From the human T2T-CHM13v2.0 reference genome, Homo sapiens, in assembly GCF_009914755.1 (NCBI RefSeq), contig NC_060930.1: 64,000 nucleotides of DNA; one strand, written 5' to 3'. Both the position numbers and the translations under genes were made by a program. Within the stretch, counting starts at the first letter, position 1, and the number at the start of each line of letters is the position of its first letter. Positions 26,842-39,830 of this stretch are shown here, one piece after another. Below the pieces are notes generated by a model. That model saw nothing but the letters and a program-made list of their open reading frames with translations, was not told where the DNA came from and searched no databases.

Positions 26842-27639
26842 CCAGGTTTCTCTAACCCATTTTCAGAGGTGGAATCACAGCCTTTGAAGGGACCAGAGGG
26901 GTACTGGGTGATCTTGGAGCACAGGAAGCATATTCCTGGTGTCTCAGGGCCCGGTGACTTTCATGGAGCCCTCCGGGCCCCAGTGGGCTGCGCACTGATG
27001 GATGAAGTGTTTCTGACAGGGCCCACGTCCAGTCAGTGCATTCGCAGCTCCCACCGCCGCAGGGCCTGGGTCCCGGCCTCTGGCCAGTGTGCCTGTGCGT
27101 GACACATTGCAGCCGCGTTTTCCAAGTGAGTTCAGTGGTACTGACAGGATCCACATTTCCAGTCCGCAGCCAGCCACACACACAATATTATCTGTGAATG
27201 GAAACCGTCACTGTAGATTTCTGCTTGGGTTTTGGCAGCTGCCCCTGATGGGAGAGTGCATGTCACAGACCTAACTGAAGTCAGAGTCCCCTCTGCACAG
27301 ACAGCAGGGCTTGGACAGACCATGAGTAATGAGCCACGTTCTCAAAGCTCCCGGGAGTCTGCACTTCCTGCAGAGAGACATTCTGGTGAGGAATCAGCAA
27401 CGCTTTCCATGGGGGCAGTTTTACCAAGCCTGTCATGGAGACAGGGCTGTGTAGGCTGGACTAGAAGGGTGCTGGGATTGTGGAAGTGTCTGGATGGTTC
27501 TGGAAAAATCTAGTAGCCATATAAAAGGAAAAAAAAAAAAAGGTAGGGTGTGGGAGTGGCAATGTGGAATTTCTTGGAAATAAAGAGAAAGAAAATAACA
27601 AGCCTGTTCTCTTGGCCTTGACCTCTCGCTGTACCCCAG

Positions 27640-27800
27640 GCTACCGACTAGACTGCTCCACCGGCTCTCTGATGTCACCTCAGACTCAACTTATCCAAAA
27701 CTGAGGTCATCCTCCCCCAGACTGGCTCCTTGTCCTAATTCTGTCAGCAAAACCACATTTCCAGACACCCAGAGCCTGCCTTTGGGGAAGCCTTTGGTTT
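27640..27800 (+). mobile_element. L2 fragment
   Basis: CACCTCAGACTCAACTTATCCAAAACTGAGGTCATC resembles L2. Confidence 0.55.
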
Positions 27801-28384
27801 TTTTTTCCTTCCTATTGAATCTGTCCCCAGCCCTGTTGGTGATTATTGGTCTCCGGGTGTCTCTTTCTCTGACCTTTCCGAGTCATGATTTCAAAGTCAT
27901 TGCTCACAAAAGTGAACAGAATTAAAGTAACCATAAAAGAAAAGGAATTTCAAAAAGGAGAACTAAACCCAAAATTGGAATAAACTGGAGGATGCCCCAT
28001 TGCTTCATCCTGCAGACACCAGCCCAGCCCAGGACAGCACCTACACGTCAGCGCCGGTGCCTCCTGAGCCACGGCTGAGCCAAAGCCCACAGTCCACATC
28101 GTCTCTCAGGCTTGGAGCCCGCCTGCAGCCTGCCACGTCGAGTCCCATGTTTTGTGGCCACCTTCTGTGCACAAGCCCCTGACCCAACCTTTCCTGCCGT
28201 TCACCATGCCTCATTATTATGCTCTCCTCCATCCTCCCACCTGCCTCCTGAAATGCCCTTCCTTTGAGCTGAACTCTGTGAGTCTCTCAAAGCCCAGCTC
28301 AGCTGTGCAACTTCCGACTCGTGTGGCTCTTCCTGACTTGCTCCTGCTCTGAGAGTCTGTCGCACCCACAGCAAGGACATGGCC

Positions 28385-28620
28385 ATGGTTACAAGCTCAG
28401 GCCCCAGAACCAGAAGTCACCTGTATGCAGTAGCTGTGCGGTTTGGGCCAAGTCACTTAACACTTCAGAGCCTTCATTGTCTTATCTGTAAAATGGGACT
28501 AATCATAGTCCCCCAGACTTGTAAGGCTGTAGAGAGAATTGAATAGGATATTGCTCACAATGTGCTTAGTATAGTGCCTGGCAATGAATTAAGAATCATT
28601 CAACAAATTCTTGTTGTTGC
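28385..28620 (+). mobile_element. MIR
   Basis: CAAGTCACTTAAC...ATCTGTAAAATGGGACTAAT...GTGCTTAGTATAGTGCCTGGCA. Confidence 0.88.
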
Positions 28621-30289
28621 TCTACTTTTTCTTATTCTCCCATTTGAGCTTTTTCCTATTTGTCTGCTTTAATTTGTCTGCTTAATTACATTAAGGCCAT
28701 CTTATGTACCCCATTAAGTTGTAAGGTCTTGAAGGGCAAAAGCAGTGATATCTTTCTAGTGTGTTCTGCCCTGGTGGGCACCTCCCTACACCAGACACAC
28801 ATGCACGTACACACGGGACACTGCTGGACAAATAACTGGGAGCAGAGTGAATAGCTGTGGGTTGTTAAACTTCTCGGCTATGTATGGAGAGGAGGGAAAA
28901 AATGGGGCCTTTGTTATCTCTAAGGAGGAAACATGGGCCCAAGAGAAAGAGGAAACGCTGCCAACCAGGATAGCTAGTGAAAGGGCCTTCCTAGGAGACA
29001 CAGTTAAATTAAATCAACTGTTAACCTCAAGGAAGGGTAGACTAATGTGATTTGGCTTCAGGGAATTTATAAAATAGGTGACAGAAGAGCTGGTAGGGAA
29101 ATGACAGCTTCCAATTCAGGATTTCAGACCCCATGTGAGAAGGAATTAAAGGAGTAGCATAAAAGATCTCAAACAGTAGAACTGATGTCAGACATTCGGT
29201 GATTTTATTTGATCCAGGAACAAAATAGATAAAGAATCCCTCCATTTTTGAGTCAAAATTCCAAAACCATTTCTCATCAAACAAAACCGAACTAAAAGGT
29301 AACGTCGAAGCAGAAACCAATAAAAGAGAATTAAGGACAGGAAAAATGAACCAAAATACTCTAAGATTCTTTTAGTATGTCACGCTAAATTAAAAGACAT
29401 GCAAAAACAGCCCTCAAATCCCTAACTGGCTTCCCAGTCTGGGAGTTACCAGAGTTTCTGCTTGTCCTATTGTTGTTTTAATCAAGCCCCAGGGCACTGA
29501 TACTATCTCTTTTGGTTTATTCATTTCTTCCATATTTGTTTTTCCTATCTTTAAAATGCACCATTGTATAGAATCTGGGCATGGCTTCAAAGATTACCCC
29601 ACAATTCAACAATGGTCTACACTAAAGCCCAAGTCTCCCTCTCTCCTAGACTCCAACCTGTTGGAGACTCAGTCAGCAATTCATATCTCCTCCAGCTCCT
29701 TCTCTGTCAGCCACTGGGTTAGATCACAGTGGGTTAAAAACAATTAGAAAGGCACGTGAAAGACCGATGGTTTTGGCTTCCACCAGAGAAGAAGTAAAAG
29801 ATGCCTCAAAGGAGAGGTCTGTCCACTAAAACGCAAAACAAAATGACAGCAGCAATAAAACAAAACAAATCAAGAATGCTAGAATCGCTCCACACAGTAG
29901 ATGCTCAACATAGTAGATGTGTGTTTTTCAGCTAAACTTCGATTTTTGGTTTCAGTACCCAATAGAACATCAAGGTTGGTGTGAGATGGAAGTGGGCAGG
30001 TTGGCATTCTGGCTTGTACTATTGGTGCAAGTTACCGGTCAGACTGAGCCCACGAGCAGTGTAAGAAATAAAAGTGATTGTTGCAGCGTAGGCTGCTGGG
30101 TCACACCTGCCTTTAAAGATATCAGCTTTCAAAACCGTGTTTTCTGCCATTATGATGAGAACTCAGTCACCGGTAGGGGCTGCTGCCACATTCCACTGTG
30201 CAGAAATGAGAATCAGATAGGCCACCTTCGTTTGCAATGAAAACCTATGCAGGCAGGTATCCTTTCTTCTCTATGATGTTTTCTTTTTT

Positions 30290-31197
30290 CATTTCCTTTT
30301 TATTAAAAATTTTTTTGATTGACATAATTATACATCTTTATAGTGATGTTTTGATATATATAATGTATAGTGGCAATCAGCATATCCTTTAGGTCAAATA
30401 TTTATCATCTCTTTTTGTTGGGAACATTCCATATCCTCCTCCTTCTAGCTATTGACACTATCCGTATCATCACTGTTAACTACAGTCATCCTACCGTGCT
30501 GAAGAACACTAGAACCTATTCCTCCTATCCAGCTGTTCTTTTGCCAATCCCTCCTTTCCCCTACCCTTCCCAGGCTCTAGTCTCCTGTGTTCTTTTTACT
30601 TCTATGAAATCAACTTTTTTTTTTAGCTTCCACATATGAGTGAGAACACGTTGTGTTTAACTTTCTGTTCTGAGCTTATTTCACTTAACGTAATGTCCTC
30701 CCTTTCCACACTTATTGCTGCAAATGACAGTATTTCATTCCTCTTTATGACTGGATAGTATTTCATTGTGTATATATAACATACATTTTCTTCATTCATT
30801 TGTCTATGTTGAACACTTACATAGTTTCCATATCTTAGCTATTGGGAATAGTGCTGCAATAAACATGGGGGTGCAGATGTCTTAAAAGTGCCGATTTCCT
30901 TTCCTTTGATAAATTCCCAGTAGTGGGGTTGCTGAAGCATGTGATAGTTCTATTTGTAGTTTTTTGAGGAGCCTCCATGCTGTTCCCCATAGTGGCTGTA
31001 CCAGTTTACATTCCCACCAATGGCATACAAGAGTTCCCTTTTCTCTATATACTTAACAATGTTTTTTTTGTTTGTTTGTTTGTTTGTTTGTCTTTTTGTC
31101 TTTTTGATAATAGCCATCCTAACTTGGGTGAGATGATACCTAACTGTAGTTTTGACTTGCAATTCCCTGATGATTAGTGATGCTGAACATTTTTTCA
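30290..31197 (-). mobile_element. L1MA-type 3' end (host element, left part)
   Basis: Antisense L1 3' UTR and ORF2 C-terminus (...LIIRELQVKTTVRYHLTQVRMAIIKK); resumes in register at 37811. Confidence 0.88.
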
Positions 31198-31517
31198 AAT
31201 TTGTTTCCATAGTTATTGGGGCACAGGTGGTATTTGGTTTTATGAATAAGTTCTTTAGTGGTGATTTGTGAGATTTTGGTGCACCCACCACCCATGTATA
31301 CAATGCACCATATTTGTAGTCTTTTATCCCTCGCCCTCCTCCCACTCTTCCCCTCAAGTCCCCAAAGTCCACTGACTCATTCGTATGCCTTTGCATCCTC
31401 ATAGCTTAGCTCCCACATATCAGTGAGAACATACGATGTTTGGTTTTCCATTCCTGCATTACATCACTTAGAATAATAGACTCCAGTCTCATCCAGATCA
31501 CTGCAAATGCTGTTAAT

Positions 31518-34500
31518 TCATACCTGTTTATGGCTACATAGTATTCCATCATATACATATTCCATCATATATATATATATACACACACACACACTTACAT
31601 ACACACACACACACATCACAGTTTCTTTACCTGCTGGTTGATTGATGGGCATTTGGGTTGGTTCCACAATTTTGCAATTGTGAATTATGCTGCTGTAAAC
31701 ATGCGTGTGCAAGTATCTTTGTCAAATATTGACTTTTCCTCTGGGTAGATACCCAGTAGTGGGATTGCTGGATCAAATGGTAGTTCTACTTTTAGTTCTT
31801 TAAGGAATCTCCACACTGTTTCCCACAGTGGCTGTACTAGTTTACATTCCTGCCAGCAGTGTAGAAGTGTTCCTTGTACACCACATCCATGCCAAGGGTC
31901 TACCGTTTTTTGATTTTTTGATTATGGACATTCTTGAAAGAGTAAGGTGGTATCGCATTGTAGTTTTGATTTGAGTTTCCCTGATCATTAGTGGTGTTGA
32001 GCATTTTTTCATATGTTTGTTAGCCATTTGTATATCTTCTTTTGAGGATTGTCTGTTCATGTCCTTAGCCCACTTTTTGATGGGATTATTTGTTTTTTTT
32101 CTTACTGATTTGTTTAAATTCATTGTAAATTCTGGATATTAGTCCTTTGTCAGATGTATAGATTGTGAAGATTTTCTCCCACTCTGTGGGTTGTCTGTTT
32201 ACTCTGCTGACTGTTCCTTTTGCCGTGCAAAAGCTCTTTAGTTTAATTAGGCCCAGCTATTTATTTTTGTTTTTATTGCATTTGCTTTTGGGTTCTTGGT
32301 CATGAAATCCTTGCCTAAGCCAATGTCTAAAAGGTTTTTCCAATGTCACCTTCTAGCACTTTTTATACTTTCAGGTCGTAGGTTTAAATCCTTAATCCAT
32401 CTTGAGTTGATTTTTGTATAAGGTGAGAGATGAGGATCCAGTTTCATTCTCCTACATGTGGCTAGCCAATTATCCCAGCACCATTTGTTGAAAAGGGTGT
32501 CCTTTCCCCACTTTAGGTTTTTGTTTGCTTTGTCGAAGATCAGTTGACTGTAAGTATTTGGGATTATTTTGGATTATTTCTGGGTTCTCTATTCTGTTCC
32601 CTTGGTCTATGTGCTTATTTTTATACTACTACCACACTGTTTTGGTGACTATATCTTTATAGCATAGTTTAAAATCAGATAGTGTGATGCCTCAAGATTT
32701 GTTCTTTTTGCTTAGTCTTGCTTTGGCTATACAAGTTCTTTTTTGGTTCCATGTGAATTTTATAATTGTTTTTTCTAAGTCTGTGAAGAATGATGATGGT
32801 ATTTTGGTGGGGATTGCATTGAATTTGTAGACTGCTTTCGGCAGTATAGTCATTTTCACAATATTGATTCTACCCACCCATGAGCATGGGATATGTTTCC
32901 ATTTGTTTGTGTTGTCTATGATTTCTTTCAGCAGTGTTTTGTAGTTTTTCTTGTAGAGGTCTTTCAACTCCTTTGTCAGGTATATTCCTAAGTATTTTAT
33001 TTTATTTTATTTTTTGCAACTACTGTAAAAAGGGTTGAGTTCTTGATTTGATTCTCTGCTTGGTTGCTGTTGATGTATAGAAGAGTTACTGATTTGTATA
33101 CATTAATCTTGTATTGAGAAAGTTGCTGAATTATTTTATCAGTTCTAGGAACTTTCTGGAGGAGTTGTTAGGGTTTTCAAGGTAAATGATCATATCGTCA
33201 GCAAACAGTGACAGTTTGACTTCCTCTTTACCGAGTTGGACACCCTTTATTTCTTTCTCTTGTCTGATTGCTTTGACTAGGACTTTCAGTACTATATTGA
33301 AGACAAGTGGTGAGAGTAGGCATCCTAGTCTTGTTCCCGTTCTCAGAGGGAATGCTTTGAACTTTTCCCCATTCAGTATTATGTTGGCTATGGGTTTGTC
33401 ATAGATGGCTTTTATTATGTTAAGGTATGTTCCTTGTATGCCGGTTTTCCTGAGGGTTTTAATGATAAAGCGATGCTGGATTTTGTCGAATGTTTTTCCT
33501 GCATCTATTGACATGATCATGTGATTTTTGTTTTTAATTCTGTTTATGTGGTGTATCACATTTATTGACTTGCATACGTTAAACCATCCCTGCATCCCTG
33601 GTGTGAAACCCACTTGATCATGGTGGATTATCTTTTTGATATGTTGTTAGATTCAGTTAGCTGGTATTTTGTTAAGGATTTTAGCATCTATGTTCATCAA
33701 GGATATCGGTCTGCAGTTTTCTTTTTTGGTTATGTCATTTCCTGGTTTTGGTATTAGGATGATGGGAGCTTCATAGAATGAATTAGGGAGGGTTCCTTCT
33801 TTCTCTATCTTGTGGAATAGTGTCAAAAGGATTGGTACCAATTCTTCTTTGAATGTCTGGTAGAATTCTGCTGTGAATCCTTCTGGTCCTGGACTTTTTT
33901 TTGTTGGTAATTTTAAAATTACCATTTCAATCTTGCTGCTTGTTATTGGTCTGTTCAGGGTATCCAATTCCTCCTGATTTAAGCTAGGAGGGTTGTATTT
34001 TTCCAGGAATTTATCCATCTCCTCTAGGTTTTCTAGTTATGTGCGTAAAGGTGTTCATAGTAGCCTGAAATCATCTTTTGTATTTCAGTGGTGTCAGTTG
34101 TAATATCTCCTGTTTCATTTCTTAGTGAGGTTATTTGGATTTTCTCTCTTCTTTTCTTGGTTAATCTTGCTAATGGTCTATCAATTTCATTTATGTTTTC
34201 AAAGAAACAGCTTTTTGTTCCATTTATCTTTTGTATTTTTTGTTTGTTTGTTTGTTTCAATTTCATGTAGTTCTGCTCTGATCTTGGTTATTTCCTTTCT
34301 TCTGCTGGGTTTGGGTTTGGTTTGTTTTTGTTTCTCTAGTTCCTTGAGATGTGACCTTAGATTGTCTGTTTGTGCTCTTTCAGACGTTTCAATGTAGGCG
34401 TTCAGGGCTATGAACTTTCCTCTTAGCACTGCCTTTGCTGAATCCCAGAGCTTTTGATAGGTTGTGTCATTATTGTCATTCAGTTTGAAGAACTTTTTAA

Positions 34501-35310
34501 TTTCCATCTTGATTTCGTTTTTGACCCAGTGCTCTTTCAGGAGCAGGTTATTTAATTTCCATGTATTTGCATGGTTTTGAAAGTTCCTTTTGGAGTTGAT
34601 TTCCAGTTTTATTCCACTGTGGTCTGAGAGAGTGCTTGATATAATTTCAATTTTCTTAAATTTATTGAGGCTCGTTTTATGGCCTATCATATGGTCTGTC
34701 TTGGAGAAAGTTCCATGTGCTGTTGAATTGAATGTATATTCTGCAGTTGTTGGATGAAATGTTCATATATATCTGTTAAGTCCATTTGTTCCAAGGTGTA
34801 GTTTAAATCCATTGTTTCTTTGTTGACTTTCTGTCTTAATGACCTGTCTAGTGCTGTCAGTGGAATATTGAAGTCCCCCACTGTTATTGTGTTGCTATCT
34901 CATTTCTTAGGTCTATTAGTAATCGTTTTATGAATTTGGGAACTCCAGTGTTAAGTGCATATATGTTTAGGATTGTGATATTTTCATGTTGGACAAGGCC
35001 TTTTACCATTATATACTGTCCCTCTTTGTCTCTTTTAATTGCTGTTGCTTTAACATTTGTTTTGTCTGATACAAGAATGGTTAACCCTGCTCGCTTTTGG
35101 TGTCCCTTTGTATGAATTGCCTTTTTCCACCCTTTTACTTTAAGTTTATGTGAGTCCTTACGTGTTAGGTGAGTTTCCTGAAGGCAGCAGATAGTTGGTT
35201 GGTGAGTTCTTATCCATTCTGTGGTTTTGTATCTTTTAAGTGGAGCATTTAGGCCATTTACATTCAATGTTAGTATTGAAATGTGAGCTACTGATGCTTT
35301 CATCATGCTC
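31518..35310 (-). pseudogene. Disrupted L1 ORF2p (APE endonuclease + reverse transcriptase)
   Basis: ORF pieces: ISILTLNVNGLNAP...ICCLQETHL (EN), [44 protein letters not shown]...[10 protein letters not shown] (RT); broken by many stops and frameshifts. Confidence 0.93.
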
Positions 35311-35399
35311 TTTGTGCCTGTATACTTTGGTTTTGTTTTTTGTTTTTGCTTTTTAAAGTGCATTTCTGTTTTGTAGGTGCTGTGTGATTTATGCTTTAA

Positions 35400-36396
35400 A
35401 GAGGTTCTGTTTTGATGTGTTTCCAGGATTTGTTTCCAGATTTAGAGCTCCTTTCAGCAATTCTTATAGCAGTGGTTTGGTAATGGTGAATTCTCTCAGC
35501 ATTTGTTTGTCTGAAAACAACTGTATCTTTCCTTCATATATGATGCTTAGTTTCACTGGACACAAAATTCTTGGGTGATAAATGTTTTGTTTGAGGAGGC
35601 TGAAGATAGGTCCCCAATCCCTTCTAGCTTGTAGGGTTTCTGCTGAGAAATCTGCTGTTAATCTGATAGGTTTTCCTTTATAGGTTACCTGGTGCTTCTG
35701 TCTCACAGCTCTTAAGATTCTTTCCCTCGTCTTAACTTTAGACAACCTGACTACAATGTGCCTAGGTGAAGATCTTTTTTGTGATGAATTTCCCAGGTGT
35801 TCTGTGTGCTTCTTGTATTTGGCTGTCTAGGTCTGTCACAAGACTGGGGAAGTTTTCCTCAATTAGTCCCCCAAATATGTTTTCCAGGTTTTTAGAATTC
35901 TCATCCTCCTCAGGAACACCGATTATTCTTGGGTTTGGTCGTTTAACACAATCCCAGACTTCTTGGAGGCTTTGTTTGTATTTTCTTATTCTTTGTCTTT
36001 GTTGGACTGGGTTAATTTGAAGACCTTGTCTTCAAGCTCTGAATTTCTTTCTTTTACTTGTTCAATTCTATTGCTGAGACTTTCCAGAGCATTTTGCATT
36101 TCTAAAAGTGTGTCCAATGTTTCCTGAATTTTTGATTGTTGTTTCTTTAAGCTATCTATTTCCAAGAATATTTCTCCCTTCACTTCTTGTATAATTTTTT
36201 GGATTTCCTTGCATTGGGCTTCACCTTTTTCTGTTCCCTCCCTGATTACCTTAATAACTGACCTCCTGAATTCTTTTTCAGGTAAATCAAGGATTTCTTC
36301 TTGGTTTGGATCTATTGCTGGTGAACTACTGTGATTTTTGGGGGGTGTTGAAGAGCCTTGTTTTGTCATATTACAGTTCCTTCTCATTTTAGGCAT
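35400..36396 (-). pseudogene. Disrupted L1 ORF1p
   Basis: MRRN...DPNQEEILDLPEKEFRR plus coiled coil (35986-36396); QVTYKGKPIRLTADFSAETLQARRDW (35464-35745). Confidence 0.92.
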
Positions 36397-37810
36397 TGTC
36401 AGAGGGAAGGTCTAGGGCTGAAGGCTGTTGTTCAGATTTTTTTGTCCCACGGTGTGTTCCCTTGATGTAGTGCTCTCCCCCTTTTCCTGTGGATGTGGCT
36501 TCCTGTGAGCTGAACTGCAGTGATTGTTGTCTCTGTTATGGGTCTAGCCACCCAGCGAGTCTACCTGGCACTGGGCTGTTACTGGAGGTTGTCTGCACGG
36601 AGTCCTGGAATGTGAATTATCTATGGGTCTCTCAGCTGTGGATACCAGCGCCTGTTCTGGTGGAGGTGGCAGAGGGTGCATTGGACTCTGTAAGGGTCCT
36701 TCGGTGTGGTGGTTTAATGCTCTATTTTTGTGCTGGTTGGCCTCTTACCAGGAGGTGATGCTTTCCAGAAAGCATCAGCTGTAGTAGTGTGGAGAGGGAC
36801 CAGTGGTGGGAGGGGCCCTAGAACTCCCAAGATTATATGTCCTTTGTCTTCCCCTACCAGGGTGGATAGGGAAGGACCATCAGGTGTGGGCGGAGCTAGG
36901 CGTGTCTGAGCTCAGCCTCTCCTTGGGCAGGTCTTGCTGCGGCTGCTGTGGTGGGTGAGGGTGAGAGTCCAGGGTCACTGGAGTTGTGTACCTAGAAGGA
37001 TTAAGGCTGCCTCTGTTGAGTCATGCAGGTTGTCAGGGAGGTGGGGGAAAGCTGGCAGTCACAGGTTTCATCCAGCTCCCACGCAAACCAAAAAGCCAGT
37101 CTCACTCCCACCGTGCTCCCCAACAGCCCTGAGTCTGTTTTTAGGTGGAGGGTGAGACGGGCTTGAAAACTTGCCTGAGGCTACCTGCCTCCCAGCTGTG
37201 AGAGAGAAGGGCTTTCGTTTATGCCCCATCCCCCCACCCCCACTGTGAAGTCTGCATGCCTGATTCGCGCCCTCCCCTGAATTCTGGCCAGGAGGCTTCT
37301 TGTTCTCTTCAAATTGTTACAAAGTTCAGCTAGAGAATTCCTTCTCCTTGTAGAGTGTTACCCCCTGCCCCTCAGGCCACCTTCCTGCTGGATCCCTGTG
37401 GTGCCAGGCAGGAATGGGCTGCTAGGGGACCCAAAGAGCTCCCAGGGCCTTTCTGCTGCTTTCTCTACCCCTGTGTTTTGCTGGGCTCTCTAACTTGACT
37501 CAGCTCCAGGTAAAGTCAGAAACTTCTCCCACAAACAGATCTTCAGCTTCTCCAGTGGGGGAGAGTGGGGAGTGTTTGGAAGAGGGGGGTTTCCCTTTCC
37601 CACTTCTGCAGTTGGGGCATTCACAGTATTTGGGGTGTCTCCTGGGTCCTGCAGGAGGAATCCACTTCCTTCAGAGAGTCTGTGGGTCCTCTTAGGTTTG
37701 CTGGTTTGTTCTTGCAGTGGATCTAAAGCTCAGATTCACAGTGCGAGACTCTGCATGCTGCTCTCTCCGGAGATGCAATCTAATCCTGCCTCCCGTCCAC
37801 CATGATCCCA

Positions 37811-38256
37811 GGCATTTTTTCATATATTTATTGGACGTTTGCATGTTGTCTTTTGAGAAATGTCTGTTCAGACCTCTCTCCATTTTTGATGGGACTGTTT
37901 GTTTTTTGCTGTTGAAATGTTTCACTTCCTTACATATTTTGCATATTAATTCCCTGTCAGATGAATAGTTTGTATCATCTGTGGGTTGTCTTTCCACTCT
38001 GTTGAGTGTTTCCTTTGCTGTACAGAAGCTTTTCAGTTTGATGTAATCTCAGTTGTTTATTTTTGCTTTGATTGCCTGTGCTTTTGAGGCCTTATTCATA
38101 AAATCTTTTCCCAAACCAACGTCCTGAAGAATTTCTCTTATGTTTTCTTCCAGTAGTTTTAGTTTCAGATCTTACATTTAGATCTTTGATCCATTTTGAG
38201 CTGGTTTTTGTATAATGTGAGAGATAGGGGTCTGGCTTCATTCTTCTGCATGTAAA
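37811..38256 (-). mobile_element. L1MA-type host element, right part
   Basis: CATTTTTTCATATATTTATTGG...TCTTTTGAGAAATGTCTGTTCAG continues the L1 interrupted at 31197. Confidence 0.88.
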
Positions 38257-39179
38257 TTGTAGTCTACACTGGAGGGACAATGGTGCTGTTGCTGCATGTA
38301 AGCCTGGCTTTCTTGGTAAAACTTTCCAAAGTCTTACTGTTTGGCAAACCTGCAAGATTTATATTAGATAGGCTTGAGACCTAGGCACATCTGTGAGCTT
38401 AAAAGAAAACAGTCTTTCTCTTGTGCCAGAGAACTAAGCTCAGAAAGTCAATAGCAAAGTCTTGGTTATCAGCAGGACTGTAATCTGTGCTTTATCTAAC
38501 TTTAATTCTGGGCTAACTTCTGGCCACTCTCTCCATCTTTCAGCCAGAAAGCACCGAGGGAATGAAGCCCAGTTTTACAATTTATCTAATCAAAATATAA
38601 TTGAGAAGGTAAACCTGCAAAAGACAAAAATTAAAACAACTCAAAACAAAAATCAATCCCTTTTACTCCCCATGCACAATGCCTGTGGAGCCAAATATCA
38701 AAGCCTTTCAGATGATTTGTTCTACTCCTATGCATGTGGAGAATTGACTGTACAATGTTTTAAAACTACAGTCTCCAGACCATTGCTGGTGACCATAAAG
38801 CTATGCTTTTCCCTGGGTCTGAGGAGAGCACGGGTTGCTAACTTGCCAGACTTTTATTGCCATAGCCCAGCCATGTGCTACCAAGGCTGGAGCCAACAAG
38901 GGTGTCTGAAAAATGTGCAAAAGTGCATGCTCGTTGACTGCCTGGCACACGCTTTGCATAAAGTAGAGGAACAAGACATTTTCCTGCCAGAATCAAGCCC
39001 CAGTTAATGGAAATTGGGGGAAAAATTTCTGATGCTCCTTTTGACTCTGCCAAGGTGAGATACTGTTGCTGGTCATTCTGCTTTCAACGCAAGTGCATTC
39101 TTGATCCTAAGGTCTTGGAGCAATCTGGCTCTCAATAATTAAATATCTATTAATAAAAGTCAACAGGACATAACACATC

Positions 39180-39460
39180 ACGATATATAATATAATTTAA
39201 AATATAATATATGAAGTTATTACATAGCAATACCTAATATTACATAGCATGTACTATTGCTGCTTATACCAATTTTCACAAATGAAGTAGAATATAATGA
39301 TATAATATATAATGTTATGTACATGATATATTTTCATATATTATGCATATACAAATTATGATATATATCACATGATTATTATATAACATGCAATTACATT
39401 ATATATCAAATAATATATAATTATTATATAACATACTATTACATTATATATTATATAATG
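39180..39460. repeat. AT-rich low-complexity tract
   Basis: Degenerate TATA/ATAAT repeats. Confidence 0.85.
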
Positions 39461-39469
39461 GATATTATT

Positions 39470-39830
39470 GTATTACTACGGCTGTTGCTGCTGACTGACA
39501 GAGCTCAGCTGTCAACCCTCTCCAGGAATTGCTCTTGGCTGAAGACAGCTACCTCACTCAAGCTTCCTGCCATTTTCCTAGGGACAGCTTGTGTCCAAAT
39601 GACTAGTTGTTATGGAGTGTTCAGGCTTGGTCCCCTTATCCCAATTTGGGGCAACTCCACAGAACACCCCAGCTTTCCTGTGGGCTGCCTGTGGGGTGAG
39701 CTGAGAGCTTCATCTTCCACCCAGCCCTGCTCCCTTCCTTCCTTCATAGGTGGTCTGCCCAGCAGCACTCTCTAAGGAGTTTCTGAGAGCTTCTTTTATG
39801 AAGGCCCACGTCCTGGGCACCTGATCAGCA
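39470..39830 (+). mobile_element. LTR16-like (ERV-L) 5' LTR
   Basis: CCCTCTCCAGGAATTGCTCTTGGCTGAAGACAGCTACCTC...GGGGCAACTCC...CTTCCTTCCTTCATAGGTG resembles LTR16C. Confidence 0.75.

Larger units (their letters stand above)
31198..37810 (-). mobile_element. Full-length L1PB-type (L1PB1/L1PBa-like) LINE-1, inactive
   Basis: 5' UTR, ORF1, ORF2 (EN, RT) and an L1PB1-like 3' UTR in order; TSD core CATTTTTTCA at 31188-31197 and 37813-37822. Confidence 0.95.

Noticed and set aside
31518-36396. Reverse transcriptase/endonuclease ORFs as an active element or a novel RT system
   Set aside because: Ordinary LINE-1 ORF1/ORF2, fragmented by many stops and frameshifts.
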